From NCBI GenBank assembly GCA_001642005.1, contig LWCA01000058.1, forward strand, positions 1 to 64,000: 64,000 nt of DNA, written 5' to 3'. The translations under genes were made by a program, and so were the position numbers. The notes below the pieces were generated by a model. It was not told the origin of the DNA. It was given only the letters and a program-made list of their open reading frames with translations, and did no database searches. The stretch is from Intoshia linei (Eukaryota; Animalia; Orthonectida). Below, piece by piece: positions 49,176-63,544 of this stretch (positions are counted from its first letter, which is position 1; every line of letters begins with the position of its first letter).

Positions 49176-50252
49176 TTGTGTATATAATATGTGTAGCATT
49201 GAATACATTTTAATTTTCTCAATTATTTTTTAATTTATATACATGTATTGTGTTTGTTTTAAAATCCTATATTATAAAATATTTAAATATATATATAAAT
49301 ACATATAACATGTATAATCAATCTACAATCTAAAAAGTAAAAAAAATAAAATTTAACCGAAAGATAATTTACACGATTGTAGTGCCTGACATCGTTGATG
49401 AAATTGTCAAATGAAAAATTAGAATTAATTAAATTCAATAAAAGTGTAAACAATCAAATACCCACTTTAAGTATCCGGCATAAGATGGATAATCCATTTG
49501 AATAGGTGTCCATTATTTGAGGTGACAATACTGGAATGTGACACTTATCGAGGATAATTGAAATGAAATGGAGTAAACTAATAGGAATTAAATTCAATGA
49601 ATCGATGAGACATTAATGTGAATTATTGCTTATTTTAGTTTTTCCTTGGGCACAATACTTTTTGTTCTTGTATTATGATTAATGTTTAGGTTTATTTTAT
49701 ATTCAACTTTTTTTCATCGTTGGTCAAAATCAAAATGTTTGACATGTTACTCTAAAATATTTTGTAATATTATAATATTGAATATCAGGTTATAACTTAT
49801 AAGCTTGTTCAAGGTCGTGGAGATAAGGCATAGGGGCCATTTGACCCGGACCTATAATCATGAGGGCCTACTTTTTTAATTTATTAATAGATAATGTTGG
49901 AAAATGTCTTAAGTATATCAAAAGTATATTATAATAAAATGTTCTGTGCGATTTCCAACGGTTATTTTTAATTTTTAGATAATAAACCATCGATTAAGCA
50001 ATGTAATTTTTAAGTCCTATTTTTGAAAAATTTTTTTTCATGTAAATTAAAATGTAAACATCTATGATATGATTATAAAATCTTGTATTAAAAATACAAT
50101 GTTTTATTATATCGAAAATTCATCTTTTCACTTTTAAAATGCTAATTTCATTAAATGAAATATTGATTTTTGGAACCCCAGTAAAAAATTTCACCGATTT
50201 TGACACTATACATGTAAATATGTTTGTATTGATATAAATCTATATTTTATAA

Positions 50253-50472
50253 CAGTGGGCACCAAACTACGGTCCGCGAACTACAAATATATTACAAAAT
50301 ACACCGGTGATAGCTTACAAATTATCATATATCATCGACTTAGATATTAAATATATACTATCGACTTCTGATTTCTAGATCATGAGAAACTTATTAATTC
50401 CATTTTCCATCTGGCCCGCCGATTTATTTTTAAGTTATTTCGGCCCCATGTCAAAAAGTTTGGTGGCCACCG
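50253..50472. mobile_element. hAT/Buster-type MITE
   Basis: TIRs CAGTGGGCACCAAACT / AGTTTGGTGGCCACCG; TSD TTTTATAA/TTTTATAG; subterminal GGCCCGC motifs. Confidence 0.8.
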
Positions 50473-51532
50473 TTTTATAGATTTAATGAAAATGTACAAT
50501 GCATAATAAATAAGTATTAAAACTATTATAATTATAATGGTTACACAATAATACATTTTTTTTTTAATTTTTCAATTTATTTGTGAAACTATTAAATATT
50601 TATTATAAATCATGGCTGAGTTAATGTACATTGAAATATGTGTGTATTAATGATGAAACTATAACTAATAGTTTAAGTAATTTTTTCAGACTTTATTTCA
50701 TTTTTTAATTTTTGAAAATTATTTTAATTGCATTTTCATCTACTTTGTTGGCCAAAATTTACTTGTTAAAATAAGACAATGATTCAATATTGTATATGCC
50801 TTGTTTTCATTTCAATAGTATATTGGTTTTTTAATCAATTTTAAATGAAATGTGTAACATTTTAATCATCTGTCATTTATTATTATGAATTTCGTGTATT
50901 CCATGACGCGTATGTGAAATGGATCAATTTATTCAATAAATTAGAATATTTTACCATATCAAGCCATATAACAGCAGTTGCGTGCAGTAAATTATTGTTT
51001 TATTGTAAAATATTGGTGTTTAATTAAAGTTATCCCGACAAATGACAAATACAAGTGCATTTGATAATCATTATAATTCAATGATGTGGAACACATTTTT
51101 AATCGAATATTTAGTGGTTTCAATTATAGTCCGAAATAAAATGATAAAATGTATATATAAAATTGAACATCGAAATGTATCCTTTTTAAAGTTTTTTAGA
51201 TTTTATGTAAGACGTATTCAATGTGGAATACGTAAGAAAAAGCGCGACGCGATTAATTGAGTTGTTCTTTTAGAAAATAATACAAAAAAATAGAAAATTT
51301 GTCATGGCTTGTACAATGAACATGGTACTTTGTTCATTAAACATATAATATGCTGTTGATATAGTTTTGGTGGTACCTCCAATAGAATTATATATATTTA
51401 TATACCAATGATGCCAACTGATACATCTACGCATCTATATCTAGGCATCCTTAAATATAGATACGATTTTTTTTCTTAAAAGGGCCATTAATTTTTTACC
51501 TGAAAACCAATGTCACCAGTTATATATAATAA

Positions 51533-52935
51533 CTAGCTTGGCAATTTTGTACTACGTAAAAACAGCACCTAGCTCTGCTGAGGGCACTGTTTTATTATAC
51601 CAAAAAAATAAATTTACGTTGAAAATCTAACTTAAAAATTCTACTATTAACTATTATCAATCCTTTGTTTTGTTAACATTTGCATAAAGAATTTAAAAAC
51701 AATTGTTATCCCATTTATTTAATTTATTAACAGAATGTGTGTATAATATTAAAAATAAAGTAAAAACAGTCCAATTCTAAAAATTGTCTTAAATCGCAAA
51801 AATTCCAAAAAAAATAAAATTATAAAAACATATTTTGTCATTTTCAATGTGATGACATATATTCAGTATCAATTTAATAAATACTTAAAAATACCAATTG
51901 TGTATAAATAATTAATTGAATCTTCACTTTATAAATATTTCAGTCGAATTTTACCATTATTGGAAAGGATTGTAATATAAAAAAATGATTGATGTTAAAA
52001 ATTTATCCATACTTTTCGCCTTTTTTCTTGTGAATGTTACTTTTCTTTTTACCATTTTAAGTTAAATTTGTAACAATTATCAATAAAAAAATCGCGTTTC
52101 AGTTAATATAAATTTAATTTAATAAATTCGTTGCTGTAGTGTTAAAATTTGATGATTATAAAAAATGTTTAAAAAATGAAAATTCGAAATTTAAAAATTG
52201 CGTAGCAATGAAAAAAATTCCCAAGAAATGAATTATATAGATTTTCACCCATATGTTTTCATTGGAAATGTGTAGACGTACAATACACATTTTTTTTTTG
52301 AAGTTGTAGGATCAATATTTACATTTTCAATTTTTGATTTTAATCGAAATATTTGAAAAATATTGGTTGATAATATATTAAAAATTATTTTTCACCGGGA
52401 ATGCGTAGATTTCTGGGGTTGAAATTTTGCATATATATCAACTGGAATAAGTTCTATCAGAATAATGCTTTTTTTAAATTTTCGGGCAGTTAATTATTTC
52501 ATATTTTTTGTTTTAATAAAATATTTCGGAAAAAAATATATGAATACTAAAATGCTTTTTTTGACCGTGAAGTCGTCACTTACTCGGATTGAAATTTTTA
52601 TGTGTGTTAAAATGATACAACTCTACCACTTGTAAATTTTTTTAAATTCTAGGGCTGTTTTCAAAAAAAAAGGAAGGGAATTTGGAGTTTTTTGCCATCA
52701 AGATATAATGTTTTTAAATTCTGCAACTCGTTTAATTTTTAAAAAAAAGGACAACAGGGGTTTTTGACCCTTAAGATGTGAAATTGGAAGGTTGAAATGT
52801 ATCTTAATATACGTTCCGAAAAAAACTGTAATTGGAATGTGGTTTTTAAAAAATTCTAAGACGCTAGTTATTTAAATAAAGCTGAACACACACACAGACA
52901 AACAAAAATCGCGTCGCATTTTATATAAGTTAGGA
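51533..52935 (-). mobile_element. Putative full-length non-autonomous Helitron (about 1.4 kb)
   Basis: On the minus strand it reads A|TCCTAACTTATAT ... CTAG|T: 5'-TC and 3'-CTAG termini inserted between A and T, no TSD. Both end blocks recur elsewhere in the window. Confidence 0.65.
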
Positions 52936-52958
52936 TGTCTAATAATATTAGCTTATAG

Positions 52959-53151
52959 GAGGGGTTCTCACACATTTTTCACGGCGGACCGTTAATAAAT
53001 TATAAAATTTATCGCAGAGAATTAAAGCGAAATTACTAGGATCATTAAAAAAATTTATACTAAAAAATAATAAATTGACTCGTAATTAGTAAGACAAATT
53101 ATTTCCCGAACCGGCAAAAAATTTTCACGGACCAGCATTTGGGAAACACTA
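52959..53151. mobile_element. hAT-type MITE (related copy at about 60056-60240)
   Basis: Ends GAGGGGTTCTCACA / TTTGGGAAACACTA; TSD GCTTATAG/GGTTATAG. Confidence 0.65.
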
Positions 53152-55288
53152 GGTTATAGTATTTACTAGTTATAATTTTATCAATGGATAAAAATCTAAT
53201 TAAGAGTCGAAAAGTATTTCACCAAACCGACATCTTGTTTCGAATTATTCATATACAATGTATTAAATATATATAGTATATAGAATGTATATTATACATA
53301 TGTATTAATTAGTGTTTATACAACACGAAAAAAATATACTGGAATAATAAGCTTTTTATAAAATTATGTTAAGATATCAATATTATTACTGAGATGAAAT
53401 ACTGTCAAAATAAGTAATAATAGCTCTGCGTGACCTAAACAATGTCCTGTGGGCCTCATATGGTCCGCTGATTTATCACATGTGACTAAATTAAGATTTG
53501 CATCTAATATAAAGAGATGCATTATATATTGTCAAACTCAATATCATTAATGTTTTATAAAAACAAAATTCGTTAGTCAACAAAAAATATCGAAAATGAA
53601 TGAAAAATATTTAGTTTTTTTATTTTATCAAATTGAAATTAAAATTTTGAAAATTGGAGATTTAAGTCGTTGGCGAATCAAGGTCGTGGATAGGAAACAC
53701 TAAAATTCAAGAACTAAAATTTTAAAAACTGAAATGATAAAATAAGAGGTCACATTAAAATTCGAGACCTACGTATACAAATTAAAAAAATGTTAGATTT
53801 CCCTATCCTCTTTTTAACTTCAGCCTTAATCCTACTGAAGTAACATTTTCACTTACTATACAAAAATTTTTTCTTAAATCATCTATTTATTTAGAATATT
53901 TATATTAATAAAATATTAATATAATAAAGCAATGACGAAGGACCTTTCCTATGACGAAATGTGGCTCAGATATGGCCCTATCATTTTTCACAGCTTAAAT
54001 TCAAGAAAAAATAAAATTGTTTTTTTTGAATGTGATGAATCACTGAATTATTATTCAGTATCTGCTTTCGATAAGTCAAAAATATTTTTTATTAATAACA
54101 TGCGCTCCACAAAAAAAACACATGTAAATAAAAATCACATCATTCAATTGGAAATAATATTTTGATTCCAATTAATATATTACCGCAACTTGAGGTCGCA
54201 TTAAAAAATAGTCTAACTTTCATAAAATTAATAAAATATTTAGATAACGGTAACATTTCAATTATAAAATGAAGTTACCATAAAGTGAACACAAGTTTTT
54301 ATATTTGTGAAATATTTTTATATGGAGTGAACGTGCGATTATTTATATTCTAATTTTTGTGGAAGTTGGTCTGATGAACATTGTGAAAAGATTTATCAAA
54401 AAATCAGCATGTTTGAAAAGCGATACACAAAACAATACTATATAAACAAAGTTGTGTGATTAATAATTACTGATTATGTTTGGTCTATAAAGTTTTTATG
54501 TTGTTAACTTATACTTTTAAAAGAGAGCTCGAGACTGGGAGCCGAACATGATTTTATGCTAATACTTATTCAATTATGTACAGAATATTATAATGTCATA
54601 TATATTATAATGTTTATGTATGTTTTTTTAGTTTACATATATACAATATATACAATACAATAATTATGTTAATAATACAATGTTAATACATGTAAAATGT
54701 TTATAATGTCATTATTAATGATTATTTAATTATTAATTAATACATAGTTTATATTAATGTAATATTATTAAATGTCGATTAATGATTCATTAATATGTTA
54801 ATAAAATCAATAAATAAACTTATCAAATGTAATATAACACGGGCTTCAACGGTGTAACCATGGATATATCATAATATATACTTTTATCCTCGAATAAAGT
54901 TCAAATTTAGTTTTTAGATAACATTTTTTATGATACATTTCAAATGTATAAACGCAACTCAAGAGCTTTAGTAAAGCTCTAGAATCTATTTTTAATGACT
55001 ATCATAGATATAAACTAATCTTTTTAATACAATGTAATTAAAAGTCAATTTATTACATTTTTTATCAAACTTCTAATACATATTAAATTAGATAGCGTTA
55101 ATTAGAAATAATTACTATCATTGCGAACATATCATTTTTAAATCTATTTTATTTCTGTAAATAATTTATAATTTAGATGATATTGGAAAAATTTTTTCGT
55201 TTTTGATGTAGCGAAATTTTGTTAGTCCAGCACGAGTAACGCTGTAAAACGTGAAATAATATTAAAATTTAAGGATTTTCATTTATAC

Positions 55289-55459
55289 TACAGTGTGTAT
55301 CATTGAAAACAGTGCACTTGAAAATAATTAATTTATTTAATTATTCGATATTATTGTTTCCCACAAATAAAAATTACATGGCTAATTCTTTATTTTGTCA
55401 ATGCACTCATAATATGAAATTTTTGAACAAATGCACTGTTCTAATTGGTACACCCTGTA
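55289..55459. mobile_element. Tc1/mariner-type MITE
   Basis: TA|CAGTGTGTATCATTGAAAACAGTGCA ... TGCACTGTTCTAATTGGTACACCCTG|TA imperfect TIRs. Confidence 0.7.
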
Positions 55460-55803
55460 CGTATTTAGTAAATAATATTTACCAACGCGTAGGACGATTT
55501 TTGGATTTATCAATATTTTTAACAAATAACATACATAATGTTCATAGTAATCATTTTTTGTCTGGTTAAGACTAACTTTCCTCAAAAATAACTAAAAAGT
55601 ATAAAATGTAAAAAATGTAATATTCACCAACCTAGGGTACAGTTATGTGTTAGGATTGCTTAAAAAAATTTGAAATACGTTTTCGAGTGTGTTAAAAAAA
55701 ATTGTGTCTAACATTCAAATTTCAACTCTATAAAATAATTAATCCTTCCCGACTACCGCTCTGTTCAATTTAGTACTAACAGACAGGCCATTGATAGGAT
55801 GGT

Positions 55804-56137
55804 TACTGTCTTTTCTCGATTATAATCAGACCCCTGAAATACAAATTTTCAGTGAAATTTTTAACTAAATAAAATTTGAATATAAGCAGTTTCTGTTTGT
55901 ATTCGAAAGAAAGATCTTTAACAAAAAAATAAATAACATCAATTTATTTCTAAAAACTAACTTCCTTCATACAATAGAATGTCTAATTTATAAGTTTACA
56001 GTAATTAGAAAAAAACTTTTAGTGTATTTTTTATATTTTTCAAGGTCTGCTTAAAAGTCTGCTTGTTTTTAATTATAAGCATTTTTCCCTCTAGTCTCGA
56101 ATATAAGAAGACTTCTTATAATCGAGAAAAGACAGTA
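55804..56137. mobile_element. TA-flanked pogo-like MITE
   Basis: Perfect 22-bp inverted repeat TACTGTCTTTTCTCGATTATAA / TTATAATCGAGAAAAGACAGTA. Confidence 0.85.
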
Positions 56138-58341
56138 GGGGTTATATGACAATCATGAGGGTCTACTTTTTAATTTATTAATAGGTAATATTGGAAAATT
56201 TTTTAAGTATACCAAAATTATCGTATAATAAAATTTTCCATGCGTTTTTGTCTGTGCCGTTTTTGTTTGACCCTTTTTGTATTTGATGTTTCCAATGATA
56301 CACTAACCTGTACTTTAAACATTTTTTTAATATATGAAAAGTCACCAATCGGATAAGATGGACCTTTCTATTACCAACAACATGCCGTCTTTCATATTTA
56401 ATAACTATCAATAATCAACAACACAATTTTTACACATTCAATTGCCCCTTTCAATATTCAATAATATTAAATTTCTGAACGGATCAAGTCTTAGCTAATT
56501 AAATTAATTTAAATCTTTGAAAATTAGTTATATGCTCTTAATTAAGCTTTAATTTAAAATTTTTTTAATTTTGAAATTAATTGAATGGTACAAGATATTC
56601 CATATCATATTCAATATTCCACAAATGTCATTTATTGAATAACAAAACTAAATTGAAATAGTAAGAAATGTTTATTAGATGCTGCACGTTATTTAAATGA
56701 TATTACTTTCAGACCTGGGGCATATTGAAGGACAAACAATGGTTACATTTATCATTAAATGATGATTGCTTGTGGTTAAATATTTTAACATGTTACTTTG
56801 AAAAATGATGTATTAAATTAAAACTTGGCATTGTTTGTCATGTATCAAGCGAATTGTGGCAAAATGAATACATTTGTAGATCCCTGGACGTTCAATAGTA
56901 TAATAACGGAAAAAAGACAATAGTATTTGGAATTGTATGCACAAAACAGAACATTACATTACACTCAAGTATTATCTAAATTCACTTTTGTCGGTATTAG
57001 ATGGAACCCTGCTACAATACTTTCTAAATAATTCTATAGATGAAAGGTTAAATGATTAAACTTCAATCTCAATTTCATAAATGTAATACATTTTACATTA
57101 TTCATATCTTGTGGCGGCAGTTTCTTCATGTTGTAATAAATTATCATTATTCGGAATGGTCAAATAACGGTAGGGTTTAATTGATTGTTGTATCATTTCA
57201 CGCGTAAATTATATATTTACAATATATAAATTTGCAATTTGATATCAAATGATATACTCACCATGTTCTCATATCTCTAATGATTCACATCAATTGTAGC
57301 ATTACATATTTTATACCCATGAATAATTTATTCTTCTTTTCATCTTTTTTTAATGGTTAATTTATTTTTTAACTGTATTTCTCATAAAATTACATTTTGA
57401 TTTACATTTTAATGAGTCGTACATTCAGTGTACCAAAATCATTTTTTGTAATAATAAAATGGTTTTAAGGGTAAAATTTAATAAAATTGTAATGCATGCA
57501 TGTTATGAATCAACATTTGATGAGATTTATTTATATTCATTAAATGGAATACATTTATTTGATTTTCTATTAAAATAATTTATTAACTTTAACAATTAAA
57601 AGTATTATAAAATGCTTTGAAATTTTGATCACCGATTGGGTTAACAACTGTGATACCGATTCAAGACAAAATAGAACCCTTCAATCAAATTAAGTGAGGT
57701 CAAACCAAAGTAACGGATATGGTAGATAGATTAATATTTAAGGTTATCGATTGACTAAATTTTGAGTCGTTACTATTTTGGATTTAGTACATCGGTGGTT
57801 CACCGATGAATATTGTTTTGACAATTACAACTTACAACGGTAGTATATTGGCACGCCCACATAATTATTAAAAAATCAGTAAAGAAAAAAGATAAATGAA
57901 TTGCGTGAGCCAATACTAATCGTTATCGATTTTTATCGACACGCATTAATGGATACATTATAGTAAGTACGATATAATCATTTTAATCAAATCAAAAAGT
58001 TTGATTACAATTTGTAAAACAATATTGAAACGTGTTTTTTTCGTTTACTATCCATTTAAATATCCAATAAAATACACAACTGTGCCATTTTAATCGAGTC
58101 ATACAATATAATAAAATTAAACAAGTGTAAACAATCAAATTGAAGCCACACACTATCAACTTATCAATATCAGTATTATCTAAAAATTTCCATTACGTTA
58201 TCGAATTTTATTGGATTTAAAAACACTTATTCTTCCAACACTTGTACTATTTACAATAATTATAAAATTTAATATCGACAATTTGTCAATTTACAAATTT
58301 ATACTCACTTAAACAAAAATCTTAGCAAATTATAAATACTT

Positions 58342-61300
58342 ATGCCTCAGATTGGTGTATCTAATATAAATTCAGAGTCAGTTTTAATCGAATCCAATAT
58401 ATTACATATTGATCCAAAAAATGTTATTTCACCGATTTCTTCACAAGTATCTAATCTCAAGTCTGATTTTAAATTGTTACAAATGAAATCTACTTGTTCT
58501 GTTACAGAATTTGAATACTTTAATCAATTTTATCAACCAAATTCTTACATTCTAAATAATATGAATCAACAATTTAAATTAAAGTAATTTTTTTATTTTA
58601 TCTTTTGTATTAGTTATCATTTTTAATTTTAGAAACTCGGATTCGTTCAAATCTACGTCAAGTGTAATATTTTATTTTTATATTGTTTAAAAGTAATAAC
58701 AATATAATTACAAATAATATAATATAATTTATTTATTAATACTTTCATGATTTAACATGAAATTAATTAAGTTGACAATCATAGATTTTCAACGAACAGT
58801 CTTCATTGTAAAGATTATGATCAGAATTGTAAATTATATTATTACCATATCTCAAGTTTGTAAAAAAAATGGATCCATTTTCAAATTTGAGATGGCTTGA
58901 CATACTGCTTTCTAAGAGGTACAAAAAGAATTAACAAATAATGAAATAATGAAAGATTACAGTAAGCATACCGAGTACAAAGTAAAGTTAAATTCAGTAA
59001 TAGTCATACCAATCATAGCCTAAGATTTACTCTAAATACACTAATATTATCATATTTTGTTTCGTCCATGGTACAATGGACTGCATCCACAGCACAGTCG
59101 AATTACTGTAATCAGAAACTATGTTCATAGGTAAACTGTATAACCTACATAATAATAGTACGGAAGTCATTCTAAATGAGTCAAACATCCCTTATATATA
59201 TTTAATTAATTTAAAAACGAGCTATCCGTTTTAAAAATAGCTAAATTTTAGGATGCAACGAAACACTATAATTACTATAATTTACTGAAATCAAAAATTT
59301 GTAAAATTGAATATATAAATACATAATGACAAAATGACTTGACTTTCAATAGTGGAATCGGAGAAAATGAATATTAAAATTATTTAATCCAGTGGTTTCC
59401 AAACTGTTTGATATGAAATTCAAAAATTACATTGCACAAAAATATAGAAAATGAATGAGATGTTAAAATTTCAACATACTTTTCTGATGGTGAAATTTAG
59501 GGTTGACCAAAGACAACAATAGGCGCGGTTCAGAGGAAAATTTGAGTCTCTTCTGTGCAGACAATAAGCATTGTGAGTATTCTACCCATTAATTAATCTT
59601 ACCGTTAAAATCGCTACGGTCTCTTTTTATTTTTAAAATAAAAATAAACAAATTGTAAATTTATATAATTTTTATACTTTTAAATCCAAATATAAAACGT
59701 TCATTCATAATTAAGAATAGTAACATCTTGATGAGCGGACCGTCATATGACTCTATATCTGATTATATGATTTGATACATAATTTGGAGGATACCCGAAA
59801 ATTTGGTGGTGGAGTTTACGTTTATTCATATAGTGATATTAATAAATGACACATGTCTAATGAATAACAAATTTAAACTAATTATTGTCATTCATGCTTG
59901 ATTTAAACACTTAAAAATCAACCAACTGATATATTTGTTTGGGTGACATAACTTGGATGTAAACCAACTTGTATGATAGTTTAAATTATAGCAATATTTG
60001 TTTAATTTTTCTATTTCATTTCATGAAATTTGTGAATTAAAATAATTTGTAAAGCAGGGACTCCCACATATTTTTTACGGTGGACCGGTATTAAATAATA
60101 TAATTTGTCGCAGACCATTAAAGCGAAATTAGAAGGCAGCATTAATAAATTTTGATAAAAAACGTAATATATAAACTTGTAATTAGTAGAACTTTTCGGG
60201 ACCGGTTCTGGTCCGTGGACTAGAATTTATAAAACGATCTTATAGAGTATTTTTCAAGTTTAGAATATAATGTGTGTCATGGTGACATGGTCACGAATCA
60301 AATCAAATTTTTTACTCAAAAAAACATACTGTAGAGACAGACTAAACGGATAACCTTTTGGAAAAGGTGTCCTTTTTAGCAACTGGCATCGTTGATTTTT
60401 TATTTTAGTAACGATGGATATACTATATCATTGAATCATTAAAATTAGTATTAAAATAGTTTGGGAACCTAAAAAATAATACTAAAAAGTAATAATAATT
60501 CAGATTATCTTTATGAGAAATATTGTAAAGAAAATGGGTTTTTACTGGCACAACTCTTTTGAAATAATTTAAATAAGTTACTTACCTCTATATAATGATA
60601 TTTAACTAAAAAGTTTTCTCTCACGGGCCTGGATGCTTCTTCGTTGTGTGAAAAAGGCAACTGGTTTTACCGGCTAAATTCCGTGTGTTATTAATTTTTT
60701 AATTAAAAATCAAATTGTTTTATATATGCGACATGCGAAAAAAAATTTTTGATCATGCTTTTAAGTGCCGCGATTATTTGAAATTTCATAAGGGTTTCGC
60801 GCAGTAAAAAAGGTTGAGAAACAGCTTTATGATACATTCACATCTGGCCACTCTAATAATAAATAAATACTAAAAATTATAAAATTAATAGAAAGTTGAT
60901 AAAATTTTATTTACATTTTATTTCAATATGACAGACTAATATATAATATATAGAATAATATGACTAAAGAATATGGTTTGAACCCCATTCGGGACCATTG
61001 GTCTAGATACTAGTAAATTTATACTGGAAATTCGTGAAATTATTAAAAATTAAAAAATTTTGAAAAAATGGTCCGCTTAATTAACCTCTATTGTATTACA
61101 TTGTAAATTTTAGTTCATTACCATAAAAACGTGAATAAAAACCTAGCATCGTAAAATTCTATAAATACAGGTATAGATAAAGTTTTTACTGTGATCGAAT
61201 AATCACAATTTCAGTATCTCAAATTGACATTTGATTTTTGATAAAATTAATTTCATAGCATTGATTCAATAAACTTTTACATCCAATAAAACTATAAACT

Positions 61301-63544
61301 AGACAAATTTTATTATTTTACGGTGATTATAAATGAGTTTATTATTGTTAATGTTACCTCAATTACATTAATTGGAGGTGAGAAACCTTTCAGTTATTTT
61401 ATTATAAATTTTTCATAGATGATTTTTTATTATGCAGTCAATTATTGTACAATTGCATTTGATATACTCATACAAGGGTTACCAAACATTTGTATAAATT
61501 AATTTTTGTAAAATTGGGGTCTGATTTTTTCTAATTGAGTTTTAAAAAAACAATATTCTCGAATATTAACTATTTTATGTGTTAAATTAAAAATTACCAG
61601 TCAAGAGTCAGCATCAGGCTGTTCAGATGGAATTTATAGTCCCTTTAATTTTTTTTTAAAAAATAGGACCTCTATACATTGCTTAATCTATTGTTCATAA
61701 TCTAAAAATTAGAAATAAGCGTATGAAATAACATGAATTTTATTATTTTATAATTTTGGTTTAATGTAAAAATTTCCAACATTACCTGTTAATAAATTAA
61801 AAAAGTAGGCCTCTCATGATTGTAGGCCCGGGCCATATGTCCCTAGCCTCTCTCCACGAATCTGGCTATATGCACTACAGATCTTTTTCTAAAAATTTTA
61901 ACTGCCTTTTTTTTAGGGTGACCTCGAGCTTGGTATGTTCGGCTCTGCCCTATGGTACATATATAATTTATGGATTATAAAAACTTGGAAAATGTAGTTA
62001 TATAAATCCATAAATCATTAATTTTATCAAAAAATTATAATTATATAGAGCATTTAACAACAAACTATTGTAATCTAGCTGATACTGATAACAAACATTG
62101 TCTATTAAAGATAAAACGAATTGACTAAAAAGATTGATAATTTATATTAAAATTAAAATGTATAGTCACGATTTCGTCTGAACAGTGATGTATCATCTTC
62201 ATTTATTAATCTAAACAGAAATGATTTAAGTACCTATTTGACCCATTGCATTGTGTGAGAATTTATGATAATTTTGCATGTCATTCAGGAGTCTACTAAT
62301 TTAAAATTTTATTAAAATTACAGTGTAAAAAAAACGTCTGTAGTTACTTTTAAAATAATTAAATTTAATGAAGATCGTGTCAATTTATAAAATATATCCG
62401 GTATTGGTTATAATTGTAATTCACAGTATTATTTGCAACTATTAACTTTAGAGGTTTTGTTTAAGCAGGGTTTGGACCCTTTTTTAACTAAAAAATGTTT
62501 TTTTAATTTTATAATTGTTTTAATGTGTATTTTTTATTTCCATATTTTGTATTTTAATTTTTATTTTCAATATAACAATTTGCATCAATTTTAATTTGAA
62601 AAATACTTGTCAATAAAATGATAGTTTACGTTTTTGACCGTGAAGATGAAAATGTCTGTAATTAAAATTTGAAGTTTGAAATTGATAAATTAAGACGGAT
62701 CATGTTTGAAAAACTATCCATGCTCTATGATTTATATTTTTAAATCATTGGGAACACACAGACATTAAACGATATATGGGCAAAACTATGTAATTTATAT
62801 AATTCCTAAAAATTATAAAAATCCAAATTACACCAAAACCTGAATTATTCAATTTAATTATAAACTACTATCCTTTTATGATAAAAGGAAAAATATAAAT
62901 ATCTATGTCCAAAAATATAAATTTATACAAATGTCAACGAATTTAACCCATGCTACCCTCAATAACAATAACAAATGTCATTTTGTAAAAAGCATTGTTC
63001 TATTCACAAACTACAATTGTATAATTTTGTCAACAAGAATTTATGGTCATTAAATTTGTGTTTGAAGATGGTCTTCAATGAAAAAGGTCATTAACCTCTA
63101 AAATAAATTGTCAATTTCAAAAAATGAAATTATAATGTTAGACAATTTAAAACGAAAATTTAGTTAAATAAAATCTATAAATAATGTATTTAAATTGATA
63201 ATAAATTTTTTATATGATAAATTTAGAACGATATGATTGTGACGCCAAATAATAATGAAATTGAACCAACAAACATGAAAAATAATGAAAAGATAACCGC
63301 CCACCCAGATAAATCCGATTGCAATAAATCAAAAAATATTAAAAATGATAGCAATATAAACAATGATAATAATGATACATTAGATATGACGGAGTGTTTT
63401 GATACTCATACCTATGATATGCTTGATAAATCAAAAGATTTTGTTAATTATGAAAATTCAAAAAACTGTTTAAACGAGTCGAATCGAGTGAAAATGTATA
63501 AATGCCATCAATGTTTCAAAACTTTTGAAAAATCTAGCGGATTG
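58342..63544 (+). CDS. C2H2 zinc-finger transcription factor, 5' partial (continues beyond window)
   Basis: Phase-consistent exons 58342-58583, about 58633-58663 and 63227-63544. A low-complexity S/N/Q-rich N-terminus is followed by KMYKCHQCFKTFEKSSGL|gt, the first half of a C2H2 finger split by an intron. Confidence 0.7.

Noticed and set aside
49380-49755. Minus-strand exon-like segment with splice-like boundaries downstream of attractin
   Set aside because: Stops in all frames and no recognisable homology; a gene cannot be supported.
51042-56411. Short ORFs 51042, 53932, 55303, 55382 and 56178
   Set aside because: Low-complexity I/F/K/N-rich translations typical of AT-rich noncoding DNA; several overlap MITEs.
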